The notes under the pieces are model-generated. The model saw only the letters and a list, made by a program, of their open reading frames with translations, had not been told where the DNA came from and did no database searches. DNA of 63,916 bases, the filler included, from Intoshia linei (Eukaryota; Animalia; Orthonectida): the NCBI GenBank assembly GCA_001642005.1. It is 7 parts of 7 records of this genome, joined end to end, with 100 filler letters (N's around TTAATTAATTAA, not from the genome) between each part and the next. Parts side by side here need not be neighbours in the genome. Positions count along the whole stretch, not along the records: positions 62,815 to 63,916 come from LWCA01002753.1; 6 more parts are not named here. The stretch is one strand, 5' to 3'. Of this stretch, positions 62,715-63,916 are shown in pieces (the first letter of the stretch is position 1; every line of letters starts with the position of its first letter). Both the position numbers and the translations under genes were made by a program.

Positions 62715-63916
62715 NNNNNNNNNNNNNNNNNNNNNNNNNNNNNNNNNNNNNNNNNNNNTTAATTAATTAANNNNNNNNNNNNNNNNNNNNNNNNNNNNNN
62801 NNNNNNNNNNNNNNTTCTCACGACCCCCTTGATAAATTTTAGCTACAGAGATAGCTGGTAAAATTACAGTTTCTCCCAATGTGTGAGGTTTACAAGCTTT
62901 TGTTATAATTTTTGAAATTTCATAAAAAGCTGTTGAACCTTTATCTTTCTTGATAACTTATTATTGAACATATTGTTTATTTTCATCAAATAAAAATTGT
63001 CACGTAGTTTTGTAAAATACTCTAGGTATAGATTTTTTTCCTTGCCCCAAAATTATCTGTGAACTCCAAGAATTTACTATGGACAGCTAAAAGGTCAACA
63101 CGAACTACCTTGAGAACTACTGCCTTAGAATATATATGGGTAAAATATTTGACCCTTTTACAATAAGTCCAAACATTAAATACTCATTTGAATCATGGTT
63201 AATGTCAAATTATGACAATCTTAGTTAATAATACATGGGAAAAATTGATGATTATCGAGACTAAATATTCTCAAGGATAGGTCCAAACATTTGATGAATT
63301 TAAAAAAAAAATTAATGATTAAACATTTGAATACTTTACTAAAAAATATATAAACCCCTTTCTTTTGAGTTTTGTAAAAATTGTTATTTTTACAACCTAA
63401 TCTACAATTTTTAATTATAAATTTTGTAAAAATATGATAAATTAACAATCATATTTGTTAATAAAATAATTTTCAATATTTTTTTGTTAAATAATTCTTT
63501 TTTTTGCGTAACTGCATCAGAAATTTTTTTTAAAAATTTAAACCCACATAATAACTTAAATATCAATGATAGCTTAATTTTTCCTACCTCAACAAGAAAC
63601 TCGAAAAATTTTTACTTTTTAAAACACCCTAATATATATTTTCTTTGTATAATTAATCTGTATAATTATGTAGAAATTCATACTTCTAAATTTTCTATTA
63701 AATTTAAATATAACTTCTAATATAAAAATAAAATATAGTTAGAATCACAAAAAATAGTTTATTATTTTAATATATGTTACAATATTTTTTATCGTACAAT
63801 TTAAATCAGTGTAATATTGTGACACGTTTATAAATAATCGTTTAACAATATGTAATAAAAAAAGCAGAAAATTTAATATGTTATAGACGCGATGAATTTT
63901 TACTAGTAGTAGTTCC

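Noticed and set aside
12980-62814. Recurring TTAATTAATTAA palindrome as a biological motif
   Set aside because: Always centred in identical 100-nt N spacers; it is an artificial all-frame stop linker, so adjacency across gaps needs caution
1-63916. CRISPR arrays, rRNA/tRNA genes or prokaryotic operon systems
   Set aside because: The DNA is spliced eukaryotic sequence; I could see no regularly spaced repeats or structured RNA genes by eye (tRNAscan/Infernal not run)

Overview
Very AT-rich eukaryotic (most likely invertebrate animal) genomic DNA. Spliced genes carry many 33-45 nt mini-introns, decayed transposons are dense, and six artificial 100-nt assembly spacers (44 N + TTAATTAATTAA + 44 N) interrupt the window. 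Recognisable genes: LEKR1-like coiled-coil protein, a secreted collagen/cbEGF protein, coatomer alpha (COPA), a ZDHHC2/15/20-type palmitoyltransferase, RCL1 and NF-YA. Orphans: an 880-aa intronless ORF, a spliced gene at about 9 kb, a Cys-rich secreted gene with an internal TAA, and a 117-aa ORF inside a transposon. Mobile elements: hAT (Ac-like, Buster/Charlie, Tip100-like, hATm), Gypsy remnants with very short LTRs, an RTE LINE 3' end, a mariner derivative and many nested MITEs with readable TIRs and TSDs. Best candidate for a new system: a three-unit tandem array at about 47.8-52.6 kb in which a Tc1/IS630-type transposase DNA-binding region (no DDE domain) is joined by phase-compatible splice sites to a coiled coil with the Rab11-binding FIP-RBD signature. 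The middle unit can be modelled as a 208-aa protein; the flanking units are pseudogenes. All calls come from manual reading and translation; no database searches were run.
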